Part shown: positions 33,651 to 45,025 of the stretch, piece after piece | How positions within the stretch are numbered: the first letter of the stretch is position 1 | How the letters are laid out: each line of letters begins with the position of its first letter | Source of the DNA: Blepharisma stoltei ATCC 30299 | Taxonomy: Eukaryota; Protista; Ciliophora | Length of the DNA: 64,000 nucleotides | Direction: 5' to 3' | Assembly (NCBI GenBank): GCA_965603825.1 | Contig: CBFDEM010000015.1 | Span: 310,001 to 374,000, forward strand | Program-made: the position numbers and the translations under genes | Notes under the pieces: model-generated | What the model saw: the letters and a program-made list of their open reading frames with translations, nothing else | Database searches by the model: none | What the model was told of the DNA's origin: nothing

Positions 33651-36317
33651 TTATCCAAAATTTTTTATTGTGCTTAAATTTTCTCTACTTAAAACTGCTC
33701 CTTCAAAATCGCAGTCTTTTATAAAAAGTTCATTTTTCAATACACATCACTCCCTGCATAAATTTAAATTTTTCCTTTTTCTACTTTTACTCTTTAAGGC
33801 AATATTTTGAAAATTTCATACTTTACCTCCAGATTCTCCAATTGAAATAACTTTTATTAAATAAGGATGCCATAATGCCAAAGCTATTTTCTCTTTCTGC
33901 CTTGGACATTTAAAAATCAATTTTTGCAAGCTTGAATCATAGACAAGGAATGATCAGCTTTTATTTTTAAGAATTGAAATATAAAGTCCGCAAGGAGAAA
34001 ACTTGATCAATGCTTCAGAGCTCGTTAAAAAAATAGAGTTTTCTAGGAAGACATTTTCTTCTTTGAAACTTCATACTGCTATATTGTTTTTTAATGATGA
34101 TGCTAGTAAATTTTTTGTCGGTGAGAATTCAAGTAATTTAATGTTATTGCATTCCAAATTAAGAGTTTTTAATATTCTCAATGTTTCTAAAGAAATAATA
34201 TCAATTTGCCCATTGTCTTTTGAGTAAGCGAATCGGTTTTTATCAATGAAAAACGAACTGATGATGCAGCTGCTGTCTAAAGATGGATTTATGATGCACT
34301 TCGTTTTAAAATTGCTTACTTTGATTATTTGAAACTCCTGATTATGGCCTAATGAAAAATAATTTCCACATGAAGAGAAAGCAAAAAACTTGAAATTCTC
34401 ATTTCAATATTTTATATTTGTATTTTCTTCATAATCTCATAAAAAGAATCCATTTTGACTCTTTGCTCAAAGAATGTGACCAGAGAACAGTAATATTTCC
34501 TTAATTTCGTGTAAAGAAGCTGGCAATATTTTTACAGCATAATAGCTTGCTGTTTCTCATCTCATTACTTTTCCTGTATCGTATACTATTGCAATATATT
34601 TTCCACATGTCGAGTAGCATGCTGAAAGAGCATTTAAATTGATATGGTCTTCAAGCCGCTCAGTGTGTTTTAAAATATCATGGAAAAAAAATTTGGTGTG
34701 TTTTTGAGTCACTGAATATTGATTATATATTACGTGACCTTTAAACCCAAAAAATCCAGTGCTTTTTTGATTCAAAATGTTTAGAATTATAGCTTCACGA
34801 TGTGTATGACAAATAATATGATTTGAAGATTTCAAAAATTCGCATTTCATGAGATAAATAAATGAAGGGATTTGATATATAGATTCAAAAGTTTCTGCAT
34901 TTCATAGCATGCAAGAGTTTGAAAGGCTAATCAATAATAATTTTTCAACAGTTTTAGAAAATTCTAGAGATTCAATATGATCATTTTTTATTTCTATGTC
35001 GTAGGAAAGGCCATCACTCAGGACATCAATTGATATAATTGAATTTTTTGGGTAGAAATTACAACTATAAGAAACTAAATATCTGCTATTTCATGAAAAA
35101 ACGTGGCCATCTATATGCTCTTTCGTTTTTATGAATGATTTTGATGTTAAGTCTCATAGCTCAACAGTTTCGCCTCTGTGCAATAGGGAAAATTTGCTGC
35201 ATGGGGATCATAGAATAATTTTCTGATCGATTCCAGCTGATTTTAAGAAGAGATCCCTTGTTTTTTCTTTTAGGCTAAAAATTCAAATATCATTTTCTGA
35301 GCTGTATGCTATATATTTCTCATCTTTTGAAAATGTGAATTCATTTGAATCTAAAATTTCTATTATTTCGCTTGTATTTAGATTTTGTATTATTAGCCCA
35401 TCTTTTGAGGTAGTATAACCAAAATAATTATCAAAAGGTGAAAATATAGCTCAGCCACCAAAAGATAAATTAATAATTCTTTGCTGCTTTTCTACATGCC
35501 AAATTTCTAAACGCCTCTGGTCACAATATCTAGATCTGCACATTAAGAAATTTTTGCTGGGGGAAAACATCCAAGGTTCAAGAAGAGTCTTAACCATGAA
35601 TTTTAAGCCAAACTCACAATTTTTTAAATTGCAGTTTTTAAAGTTACTGTGCTCTATAACTGAAAAATCAAAATCCACTCCAGTTAAATTGCTTCCCTCA
35701 AAGTTTGTATTGTATAAATAAGATCTTGATAAATTTGCTCCTGGAATTTTTATCCCATGAAGGTCTTTATTATGAAAGTTATGGCCTGATAGATTTAGAA
35801 TAGATATGGCATTTGAAGCAGCTATTTCAATGTCGTCTAATTTTCGAGATAGAAGGGCAATTTGATATAGCATTTCCTTGTCTTCATTTGTTAATATTTG
35901 CTTTAAATTTGAACAAAAAGTATCATTTTGTAAAAGTTTCACTTTGTTTAGAAAGCTCATTTTTAGCAAGTCATAATCTTGAATCCATAGAGAGAGTTTT
36001 GTCCTGAAAAAATTAGCTACATCTAGGTCTAGCTTAGCTTGACTTACAATTGACGAGTTTTTATTCTTGTAAAAGTTTAAGATTAATTTTTTGCTTGCGC
36101 ATGATTGATTTTGGCTAAATAAGCATATGCCATTTTGATTGCGTTCGATGAGTTGGTTTGCAAATTCTATTGTGCTATTTAGTTTAACAAGGATTTGGAT
36201 TGAAAAATCGATTGAATTTATATGATTTATAAGGTCTTCGTATTTTTCTTTGATCAAAGCTGTATGATTTGGAAAAAATGAAGAATTGGCCGTATAGTCA
36301 TTTTTCTTAATGCTCAT
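33651..36317 (-). CDS. Pentapeptide-repeat plus divergent WD40 beta-propeller protein (888 aa)
   Basis: Open frame through more than ten TGA codons; AASNAISILN...IKIPGANLS....TNFEGSNLTGVDF pentapeptide block; repeated FSxxxxY...xW units; terminal CDFEGA motif; TAA 33651-53. Confidence 0.8.
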
Positions 36318-37193
36318 TTATTTCTATTATAGTAGCTATAATTAATTCAACATACTTTAAATTACGTGAGTATTTTAAAGCTATTGAAAACAAATTTCTC
36401 TAATCTCCCTATTTCTTTTATTAATTTTGATACTTTGATAGATTTATGCTATTAGAACATAAACACTTAGTTTAAAACTGCATAATTAAAAATTAAATGG
36501 TCCCTGGTATGCTCTAGCAAAATAAAGAAATTTATTTAATTAACTAATTGAGCCTTAAAAGTTAAAAATTTCAAAAATAATATTATTTTTGATAATATTT
36601 AATAAACCTTTTTTTGAGTTTAGCACAAAGCTAAAATAGTGAGAAAGGTAATTAATAATCTAGTCATGCCACTTATTAGAAAATTGAAAACACCTTGTCT
36701 TTTAAACTTTAAAATATACACAATTATAGAGTCTGAAACACCCCTTTTATGAAGAATGCTTACCAAAAGGTGTGTTGCCTGGCTATAAAAAATTTATATT
36801 TGTTACTCTAGAACACATAGAAACAAGCAAAAATATTAAAAATATAATTTTATAGAGAAAAAGTATATATTTAATAATAAAATCTCTAAAGAAGTAAAAT
36901 TTTTTGCAATTAGCATAGCATTTATAATAAAACTTAATAATTAGGAATTTCTTACTTCAAAATTAAATAACTTTTCATAATTATTTTCTATTCAAGTTTT
37001 TAAAGTAAATGGAATTTAAACTATAAAAATCTACTGTTCAGACGAACTAACATGACAAATTAATAGATTAAATATAATCGAAAAAATCATAAAATTTTTA
37101 AGTTGTTCATAGCCATTGATAGTTTATTAAACTGATAGATTCATTAGATCAAATTACAATTTATGGCGAATTTTCTATTTTTATTTTATATGG

Positions 37194-37778
37194 TTACTGG
37201 CTTTCTTGGATTGAATTTTGCAGTGGGCTAGGATAGTTATGTTCTGACTGTAAGCAATTTGTAATTTGGTGAGGTTGGACAGGTGGGTTATTCATTTCTA
37301 CTTGATTTGATTCCAATACTACAGAGGAAGAATTAGGTTGAGGATAGATTAAACCAGGAGGATACTTTTCTGGTTGCGTATAAACTGAACCTGGAGGATA
37401 GTTTCCTGGCTGAGTATAAACCAAGCCTGGAGGATAGTTCCCTGACTGGGGAAATTGTGGGTTCATAGGATAACCTGGAACATAATTTACTGCCCCAATC
37501 TGCACAACTACATTTGGATCTAAAATACCTTGCTGAAAATCTTGTTGGGGAGTAATTTGAGGTATAGCTGATAAATTTGTTTGCCTTTTTATTTTTCTTG
37601 CGCGATATCATCTTCACACTCCAACTATGATGCCTACGATTGTGCAAACTCCCACAATAACACCAAAAATGAGTCAGTCCCTTGTTGATCATTTGGTACT
37701 ATCTGAGTGATGACTTCTGACCCTTGCGTTTGCCAAAGTAATTAAAAACGAAACTTGAAAAATTAACCTGAAACTCAT
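37194..37778 (-). CDS. Diverged paralog of the 29414 single-pass Pro-rich protein
   Basis: With TGA=W: MSFRLIFQVSFLITLANAR, TM, IPQITPQQDFQ, three 10-aa YPPGxxYxQP repeats. Confidence 0.82.
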
Positions 37779-38323
37779 TTTTATAACCTTAATAAAAAAA
37801 GATGAATTGGGCTCAAAATACTTAAAAAATTTTTATTATTAATTATATATTTTAATCTATTTCTTTTAATTGAAATATAGGAAGATCTATTTAAATTAAT
37901 AAATATTTATTTATAAGAGGCTGAATTTTGACGATATACTTTATACTTTTATTTTATAATAAAATTGGTCTTTCACAATTTTTATTTGCTGCTATTAAGG
38001 CTCTTCTAATAAGCTCAAGTAACTTAGCATTGCTTTTCTGTGATTTTTATTCGATTCTTTAATAAAAATAACTGAATGCAAAAAGATATTTATTAAAAAT
38101 AAAAATTGAGCAAATAAAAAGCCATTCTGTTTTTAACTGGTGCTCGATAAAAATAATTTATAAATTAGTTTATAATATTTTAATTATCAAAAACGATCTA
38201 ACAAACAACTAATAGTATATATATTTGATTATTTCTATGGTAATATCTTATTATTAGTTATCTTTCTTCATTTATCTCATATCCACATTATTCAGTAATG
38301 CCATTATAAACCAAAAATTCAAA

Positions 38324-40048
38324 ATGGGATGCTGTGACTCTAGAGAAGAGCAGTCAAAAATAGATAGCAGAAAGAAATCAATGCTACGGGAGCCGCAGTT
38401 TATCAAGAGAAGAACAAGAAAGCATAAAACACTGTCTGGAGACCAACTTACAAATAGACCCTTGAATGGAAGATATATAGACACCCAATGCTCTACTCTA
38501 GATATAGACCCAATTGCCATAAGGGCAGCTACTCCATCAGTAAATAAACACATCAGCTATGAGCCCAATCGAGCACAAACTCCATCTCTTCATATAAGAA
38601 GAAATAACAGAAGACGGACAACAGTTGCCAGTCGTGGCTCTTTTGTGATTAGCGTCCCACAAGCAATCCGTGTTAATTATGAAACTGTGAAAACTCTTTT
38701 TCATGGCGAATTAGGCGAAATCATTTTGGCAAAAGACAAAAGGACAGGCTTACTAAGAGTCACTAAAGAAATCAAGAAGAAGTTTCTAAAAGACACTTCA
38801 GTGAGCCAATTCCTAAAAGAAGTCGAAAGCCTCAAAGAGCTTGTAAAATCCATTTAGGATCACCCAAATACAATAAAGATGTATGAAATCATTGACTCAG
38901 AAGATAGCTACTACTTTGTGCTAGAGTATCTTATGGGTGGGAATCTTGCAAGCAAGTTCTCATTTGGGTACATTACTGAACAAGAAGCAGGTTATTATAT
39001 AAGAAGTATTGTAGAAGCTGTAATTTATTGCCACAACTCTGGAATTATTCATAAGAATATAAGACCAGAGAATATCCTTTTTGAATCAAAAACAGATGAT
39101 GAAGTATTGAAGCTGACTGGATTTGAGTTCGACTGGAAGATCCCCAGAGGCTATTTGAAAGGGGAGCTCGTAAAGAATATTTAGGTAGAATATTTGGCTC
39201 CTGAAATCATAAATGGATCTGGAGCAACTAGGGCAAGCGATATATGAAGCATTGGGGTACTTCTATATCGAATGATATTCGGAAAAGTGCCATTCTCTGG
39301 AGTAGATTCAGATGACGTATATAAGAGTATGGAATATGGCTTGATTCTTAACCAAGATATCTTAACGCTATATTCAGAACACATACGAGATTTGTTGAAA
39401 AAAATACTTATTTTTGATCCAAATAAAAGAATTTCTGCAATCGAAATTCTTAATCATCCTTGAATTAAGGAGTTTGGATATCAAAAAGAGTCCTCATTTA
39501 AATATAACTATCAGCAAATAGCAAGAATCCCTCAGTTTTATGTGAGAATTATATAGAATCGTAATGAAATCGAAAAAGCTGTCTTAATTTTCACAAATTC
39601 TCAAATCCCTAATGCTAATGAAGAAAGAGACTATATCAAACTCTTTAAAAGGCTTAACAAAGACCACAGCGGCTTTATACACAAAAACGATCTTATGGAT
39701 TTTATAAGACGCACTAAACCTAAGCACTATAAAGAAATTGACTATGATCTTCAACAAATGGATCTTCTAGATGAAACTCAAATTAAATTCTCAGAGCTGG
39801 AAACTGCAATGACAGACTGAAATTTACAGGTACACAAGGATAGGGTAACTACTGCTCTAAAAATTTGCCTAAAAAATGACAAAAACTACTTGAGCTTATA
39901 TAACGTGATCCAAAGAATGCCAAGCGTGGATTCAGAAAAATGGGCAAGATTGTTCAAAAACGTCGACAAAAATGGAGACGGCAAATTGTCAATTGAAGAA
40001 TTCATTAGCTGTTTAGCAAGAGTGAAGAGCACTCATAGGAAAAATTAA
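38324..40048 (+). CDS. Calcium-dependent protein kinase (CDPK)-like protein, probable pseudokinase; 3 introns
   Basis: MGCC N-terminus; LDHPN, YLAPE, DIWS, HPW restored by splicing and TGA=W; C-terminal EF-hands (DKNGDGKLSIEE); HRD and DFG degenerate. Confidence 0.88.
38843..38857 (+). other. 15-nt spliceosomal intron
   Basis: gtaaaatccatttag; splicing restores LKEL|DHPNTIKMYE. Confidence 0.95.
39170..39184 (+). other. 15-nt spliceosomal intron
   Basis: gtaaagaatatttag; splicing restores GEL|VEYLAPE. Confidence 0.92.
39542..39556 (+). other. 15-nt spliceosomal intron (GTG donor)
   Basis: gtgagaattatatag; removal deletes an in-frame TAG and attaches the EF-hand domain. Confidence 0.85.
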
Positions 40049-40102
40049 TTAGTTTAATAAGAATTTATTTACTTTTAAAGATATGAGAATGAGGAGCTCT
40101 GC

Positions 40103-42121
40103 TTAAAGCAATTTTTCATTAATAAACTGAGTGACTAAATTCATTAACCTTGTATCGCCAGAATTGTGCACCTGTGCTAGCAGCAAACAACTATCAAACT
40201 CTTTGCTTGGATGAGATTCCAGCACTTTAAGTGCTTCATAAATCATTCCATTGTTCACCAGTGCTTCTGCAAGTGCATTAAACGCTTCTAATCTGTAAAG
40301 CATGTCAATTCCTATTTGCAAGCCAGGTGGATAGCATAGCGAATTTGTTGAGGCTGACAAAGCGATCATCAATGTGGCAAACTCTAAGCTGTCGTTAAAT
40401 ACGTTGAAATGCACAAATTGGTGGAGCATTGAGAAGTTTCTGCTTCTAATCAGAACTCTTGCTAGTAATATTTGCAGCTGCTGATGGACCTGAATGTCCT
40501 CTTCGATTAAAGACTTATGGTATAGCAAGATCACGTCTGTGAGGTATTTGGAATTTATATGCTCTTTGAACAAGGATGAAAAGACTGACCCATACATATC
40601 AGATTGTAGAATTACGCTTATACCTGAGTCCAATTTTAGTTCTGGCTCTATTATTTTCCCTCTCTTTTTGATAGGTGTTTGGATTAAGCTTTTCCTCATT
40701 TCGTCTTTATTCGGGTTTTTCTTCCTTTCAAGTGCTGCGATCTTATAAACTTTGTTAAAAGTTGTGAATAAAGAAGAGATTTTATATAGCTCGATTCTTT
40801 TTCTTAAACAGTCTTTCAAGTATTCAAAGGAATAAGCTTTAAAGCCATTTCTGCGCAGTAAAAATAAAATTGCTTCGACTTGATCGTGGTGGTCTTTCAC
40901 TAGAGTTTCTGGGTGAATTATGAGCTGAACTAGCTTTTTGGAGCTTAAATCAAAGCCGATATCATGATCAATGTATTTCAGCTCTTTTTCTAGAAGCATT
41001 AAGCTGTCGATGTATTGAGATTCATTGTCTAGCACTTCAAATGAAGATGGTCTTTCGCTGGGAATGATAATTCCATCATATAAAAACATAGTGTTAAAAT
41101 TTCCGTTCTCATCAAGATTGTCCAAATTCATAAATATTGAGATTTCACCTACTCTTGGAGGCATTCCATGCCAGACAGTAGCAAAAGGATGAATGAAATA
41201 AGTCTCACTCTTAATATCGAAGATATAGCTTTCCTGTAAATTGTAGTTTTGCAGGATTAGGATATTGTCAGAAGAACGGATTCCGTACTTTCCAGGCTGA
41301 ATTACAATTTCAAACGACTGCTGAGGAGTCTTCTCATACTCCAGCCTATAAAATGCCAGCCTTCCTTTTGCACAATCCATATGCAGAAAATAAATTGAGT
41401 CATACAGCTTAAGCAAGCTCACTTGATGAGGAGACTCTTGGCTTGCCGAGTTGTAATAATGCCTCAAATTTGATGAATTAGCTGGGATATTAATTCAGAG
41501 GCTGTCATTTATTTTCCCAACATCAATATAAAACTTATACCCTTGGAATTTAGTGCTTTTGGTCTGATTCAAGAAATAAGTGTAAAACTTCCCTTGGTTC
41601 GGCACAGAGGCAGCAGCAATGACCACAAATTCGCTAGGTTCGACCCAATAATGAGAAACTTCATGCTGATAGCTTCTTATGCTGACAAGTTTAAACTGTT
41701 TATCAGAAAGCTTATAAAACTCTATGCTGTTGGTAGCGATCATAAAGAAATCACATAGCGGAGTGATTCCTTTGGTCCAATGAAAGCCTAATATTGTGTT
41801 CTTTTTGGAACAGGTTATTGAAAAATCTTGCTGGAGTTCTAAGTTGATAAACTCCTATATGAAATTTACCAGCCTGTCAGGGGCTTCTTGATAGGCTACA
41901 AGCTTTTGGTCAGAAGATAAATTCATACTTATGAGTTTCTTATTACTAGATAATCAGTACCTTAGCTGTTCAATAATTATAAGGGAATCATCTTTTTCTG
42001 AGTAAATGGATCTGATTCTTAAGATGTCTTTGTTTTTGAATACAAAGCTGTTTTGGCAAGAGTTGTAGAAAATTTCTGTGTCTGGGTCATCATTCAAGTT
42101 TTCAATTGTGTCGAGTTCCAT
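40103..42121 (-). CDS. RMC1: Regulator of MON1-CCZ1 complex (Mic1/C18orf8)-like protein
   Basis: C-terminal Mic1-type segment (Y.KSL....I.V...L...LHQF....VFNDS..A......YPP..Q..IDML.RL); N-terminal beta-propeller-like part joined by introns and TGA=W. Confidence 0.78.
41855..41869 (-). other. 15-nt spliceosomal intron
   Basis: gtaaatttcatatag; in-frame TAG; joins PDRL|EFINL. Confidence 0.85.
41946..41960 (-). other. Candidate 15-nt intron without a true stop codon
   Basis: AG|gtactgattatctag fits the consensus (GTA, A10, TAG), but the unspliced frame stays open because TGA=W. Confidence 0.6.
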
Positions 42122-42275
42122 ATTCCTGAAATTTCTATTAATAGGATGCGAGCAAGATCATGAATATTAATAGAGAAGCTATCGTAAAAAACTCTATCTA
42201 GAAGCTTTGATAAAAATTTTAATAATCCTTCTCAATTTTGATATAACTAATTATAATATCTTTAATTGCACCAGA

Positions 42276-43007
42276 CTAATCTAGCCTTTCCCACCCTTCT
42301 TTTGCAAGCGTAATTAAGTTTTTCACGCGATTTCCACACTTTGAAGCCCACTTTGCAACAGCATTTTCGCTTTTTTCAGTCAAATCTGTAACAAACTCCC
42401 TTAAGCTTGTCCTTGTGTAATCAACAATCTCTTCGGCCTTCCTTCCATATTCCACCCCTTTCGTCTTCATGACCCTTGCCAACTTTCTCAATTTTTTCTT
42501 CAGCTTAATCTGCATGACCTTTGCTTTGGAGACCCCAATTTCATGTGGATCATATCCTTCATTCAATAGCTTCCCTACTAGAGTGTCATAATTTCGAATT
42601 GCCCTAATGATAATTTCATCTGTGTCTATATCAAGCTCTTTAGGGAACTCAAGGACCTTTTCTGGTATATCAACCGAGATCTCAGATGCGGTTGCAGTTG
42701 CAACGTAATCTACCTTCAGCGCTTTTAAGGTTTCAGCCGTTACCTCTCCTTTAAGTGTTCTGATTTCGTCGATTCCTTTGAAGTGCTTTAGGGTTTCTAC
42801 TTTTTCAGTCAGAGAAAGAAGCGAGGTATTTGTGTCTTCAACAATCAAGCCAAGGACCAGATGCACTTTTTTGAATTTATTTTGGATTTCGGTGATAAGT
42901 TTAGCGTGACCTCCGTGGATGTAGTCAAATCTGGCAGGCAAAAGAACTCTGACTTCTTTGCCGCGTAAATTTATATTGAGAGTGCTGGTATCGCGAGATT
43001 CTTCCAT
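42276..43007 (-). CDS. Choline-phosphate cytidylyltransferase (CCT)-like protein, degenerate
   Basis: FDYIHGGH (HxGH), DTDEIIIRAIRNYD...L.EGY...EIGVS typical of the CCT C-terminal catalytic region; amphipathic tail. Confidence 0.72.
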   Translation of the reverse strand: MEESRDTSTLNINLRGKEVRVLLPARFDYIHGGHAKLITEIQNKFKKVHLVLGLIVEDTNTSLLSLTEKVETLKHFKGIDEIRTLKGEVTAETLKALKVDYVATATASEISVDIPEKVLEFPKELDIDTDEIIIRAIRNYDTLVGKLLNEGYDPHEIGVSKAKVMQIKLKKKLRKLARVMKTKGVEYGRKAEEIVDYTRTSLREFVTDLTEKSENAVAKWASKCGNRVKNLITLAKEGWERLD

Positions 43008-43027
43008 TTATAATTTAATTTATATTC

Positions 43028-45016
43028 ATGTCATTTGATGCATATCATTGGGCTAAAAGGCAGCAAGAACTCCAAGAGCACTCAAAGCAGCTGGCCTTAC
43101 AAAAAATTAATTTTTCTTCAAAAAATTCACAAGAAAAATCAAGGTATGGCTCGATAAAAATTTCTCAAAAAGATGCACCTGTAGAAGAATTGCGCATGAT
43201 GCTGCATCTTGGTCAAGAAGAAATACAAGATATTACGTCAGCTTTAAGTCTGGAAAGGAAAAAAAACTATGAAATTGAAAGTCAGCTGCAGGTTTATAAA
43301 GACCGCTGTGAAGACTTGGAGAGGACAAATCGATCTTTGACGACTTTATTGGTGGAAAAAGACAATTTAGTGAGTAAATATGTCGCTGAGCTGGCACTTT
43401 TTAAGAATTTTAAGCCTTCACAAGGAAAAATTAGCATGATTTCTGATTTGGCGGATAGTATAAATTTAGATGAAGAAGATGTCAGCGAAGAATGAACAGC
43501 CCAAATCATTCATCAGCCAGTTGGGAAAAAAATAATTGATTTTTCTAGTGTAAAGCAGCCGAATTTGCTTGATCGAGAAATTATTATACAAGATGAAATT
43601 GAATTTAAAAAATTAAAAAGGGCTCTTCAAGAAACACAGGAGCTTTATAGGGCGACTTCTGAGCAGCTAAAAGAAAAATCAGATAAATGCGACAGGCAAG
43701 AAGAAGAACTTGCTGCTCTTAGAGCCAAACTTCAAGAAACAAGAAATGATTTTAATTCGCTTTCATCACAAATTCTCAGACAGTCAAGTGATAGAGATTA
43801 TCAATCAAAAAGCATATTAGTGGAATTGGATGAATTAAGAGCTAAAAAGTCTGACTATGAAAATGAGCTGAAGAAGCTAGAAAATCGATACAAAGCAAGC
43901 ATTGAACAATTTGAGTCAGATCTCGCAAATTCCCGAGAAAGATTTCTCAGTCTTTTGGACAGCAAAACTAAAATTGAGAGTGAAATTTTGGAATCAAAAA
44001 TCGAAAAAAGAGAACTGCAAAATCAGCTGCAGGTAAAAGATACCGCCATAAGTGAAATGAGTGCAACGATACAAAGCTATGAAAAAGAGATCTCCTTCCT
44101 AAAAAAAAGTTTGAGCTTGAATGGGAAAGATATTTCTAAAATAGACCAATCAACAGAAGAATTACTGTCACTTGAAAAACTTAATCATTCACTTAAAGAA
44201 ACAATAAAAAATTTGGAAAATAAAGAAAAACATCATTTGGAAGAAATTGAAAACCTTAAAGAAAAAATCGAAATATATGAGACTGAACAGAACCATGAAG
44301 CCAAAGTAGACGAAAATGTTTCTCAGCAGACCTTGCAGCAGCTTTCCTATATAATTTTATCAAAAGATAAGGCATCATCGCTAGATTCCTCTTCAAGCAC
44401 TATAATTAAGCAGGTTTTCGGAGACAATTGTATGAAGCTTATAGAGAATTATGAAGAAATGCTACAAAACCTGCAGGCAGATAAACAAACGCTAAGGGAT
44501 AGGCTAAATTATGAAGTTGAGCAGCGAGCGCATACACTTGAAGAGGTAAAAGGGCTGCTTGAAGTTATGTTCCGTTTAGATAGCAACAACAGAGAAGTGG
44601 AATATAAAATCAAAGAGGTCTCTGATGAGCTTTTCAGCGTAAGAAACCAGCTTTCTGACGATGTTTTAGTATCGCCTAAGCATGTCCATAATGTTTTCTC
44701 CTTTAGAGACTCTGAAGAAAAACTTAAGCGAAGACTGGACCAGCAATTAAACGAGACAAAAGAGTTGGAAAGATTAAAGACAAGTCTTGAGCAACAAAAA
44801 TCCGAGAAGCATCGGGCGTTGGCCGAAAAAGAACAATATAGAGAAGATCTTGCTCAAAGCATCCTTATTATAGCAGAGCTTAAAGAGAAAATTTCGATGA
44901 TAGAAGGCACTGCTCAGAATTGCGACTTAATTGGATTCTTACAATGTGAGGCAGCTGCGTTTGAAGATATATTTGGTGAGAACCAACTAGCCGAAGAAAG
45001 CTTTTCTGAGCTTTAA
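43028..45016 (+). CDS. Long coiled-coil protein
   Basis: ORFs 43028..43495 and 43565..45016 share a frame and join through TGA=W. Confidence 0.8.
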
Positions 45017-45025
45017 TGCTATTAA

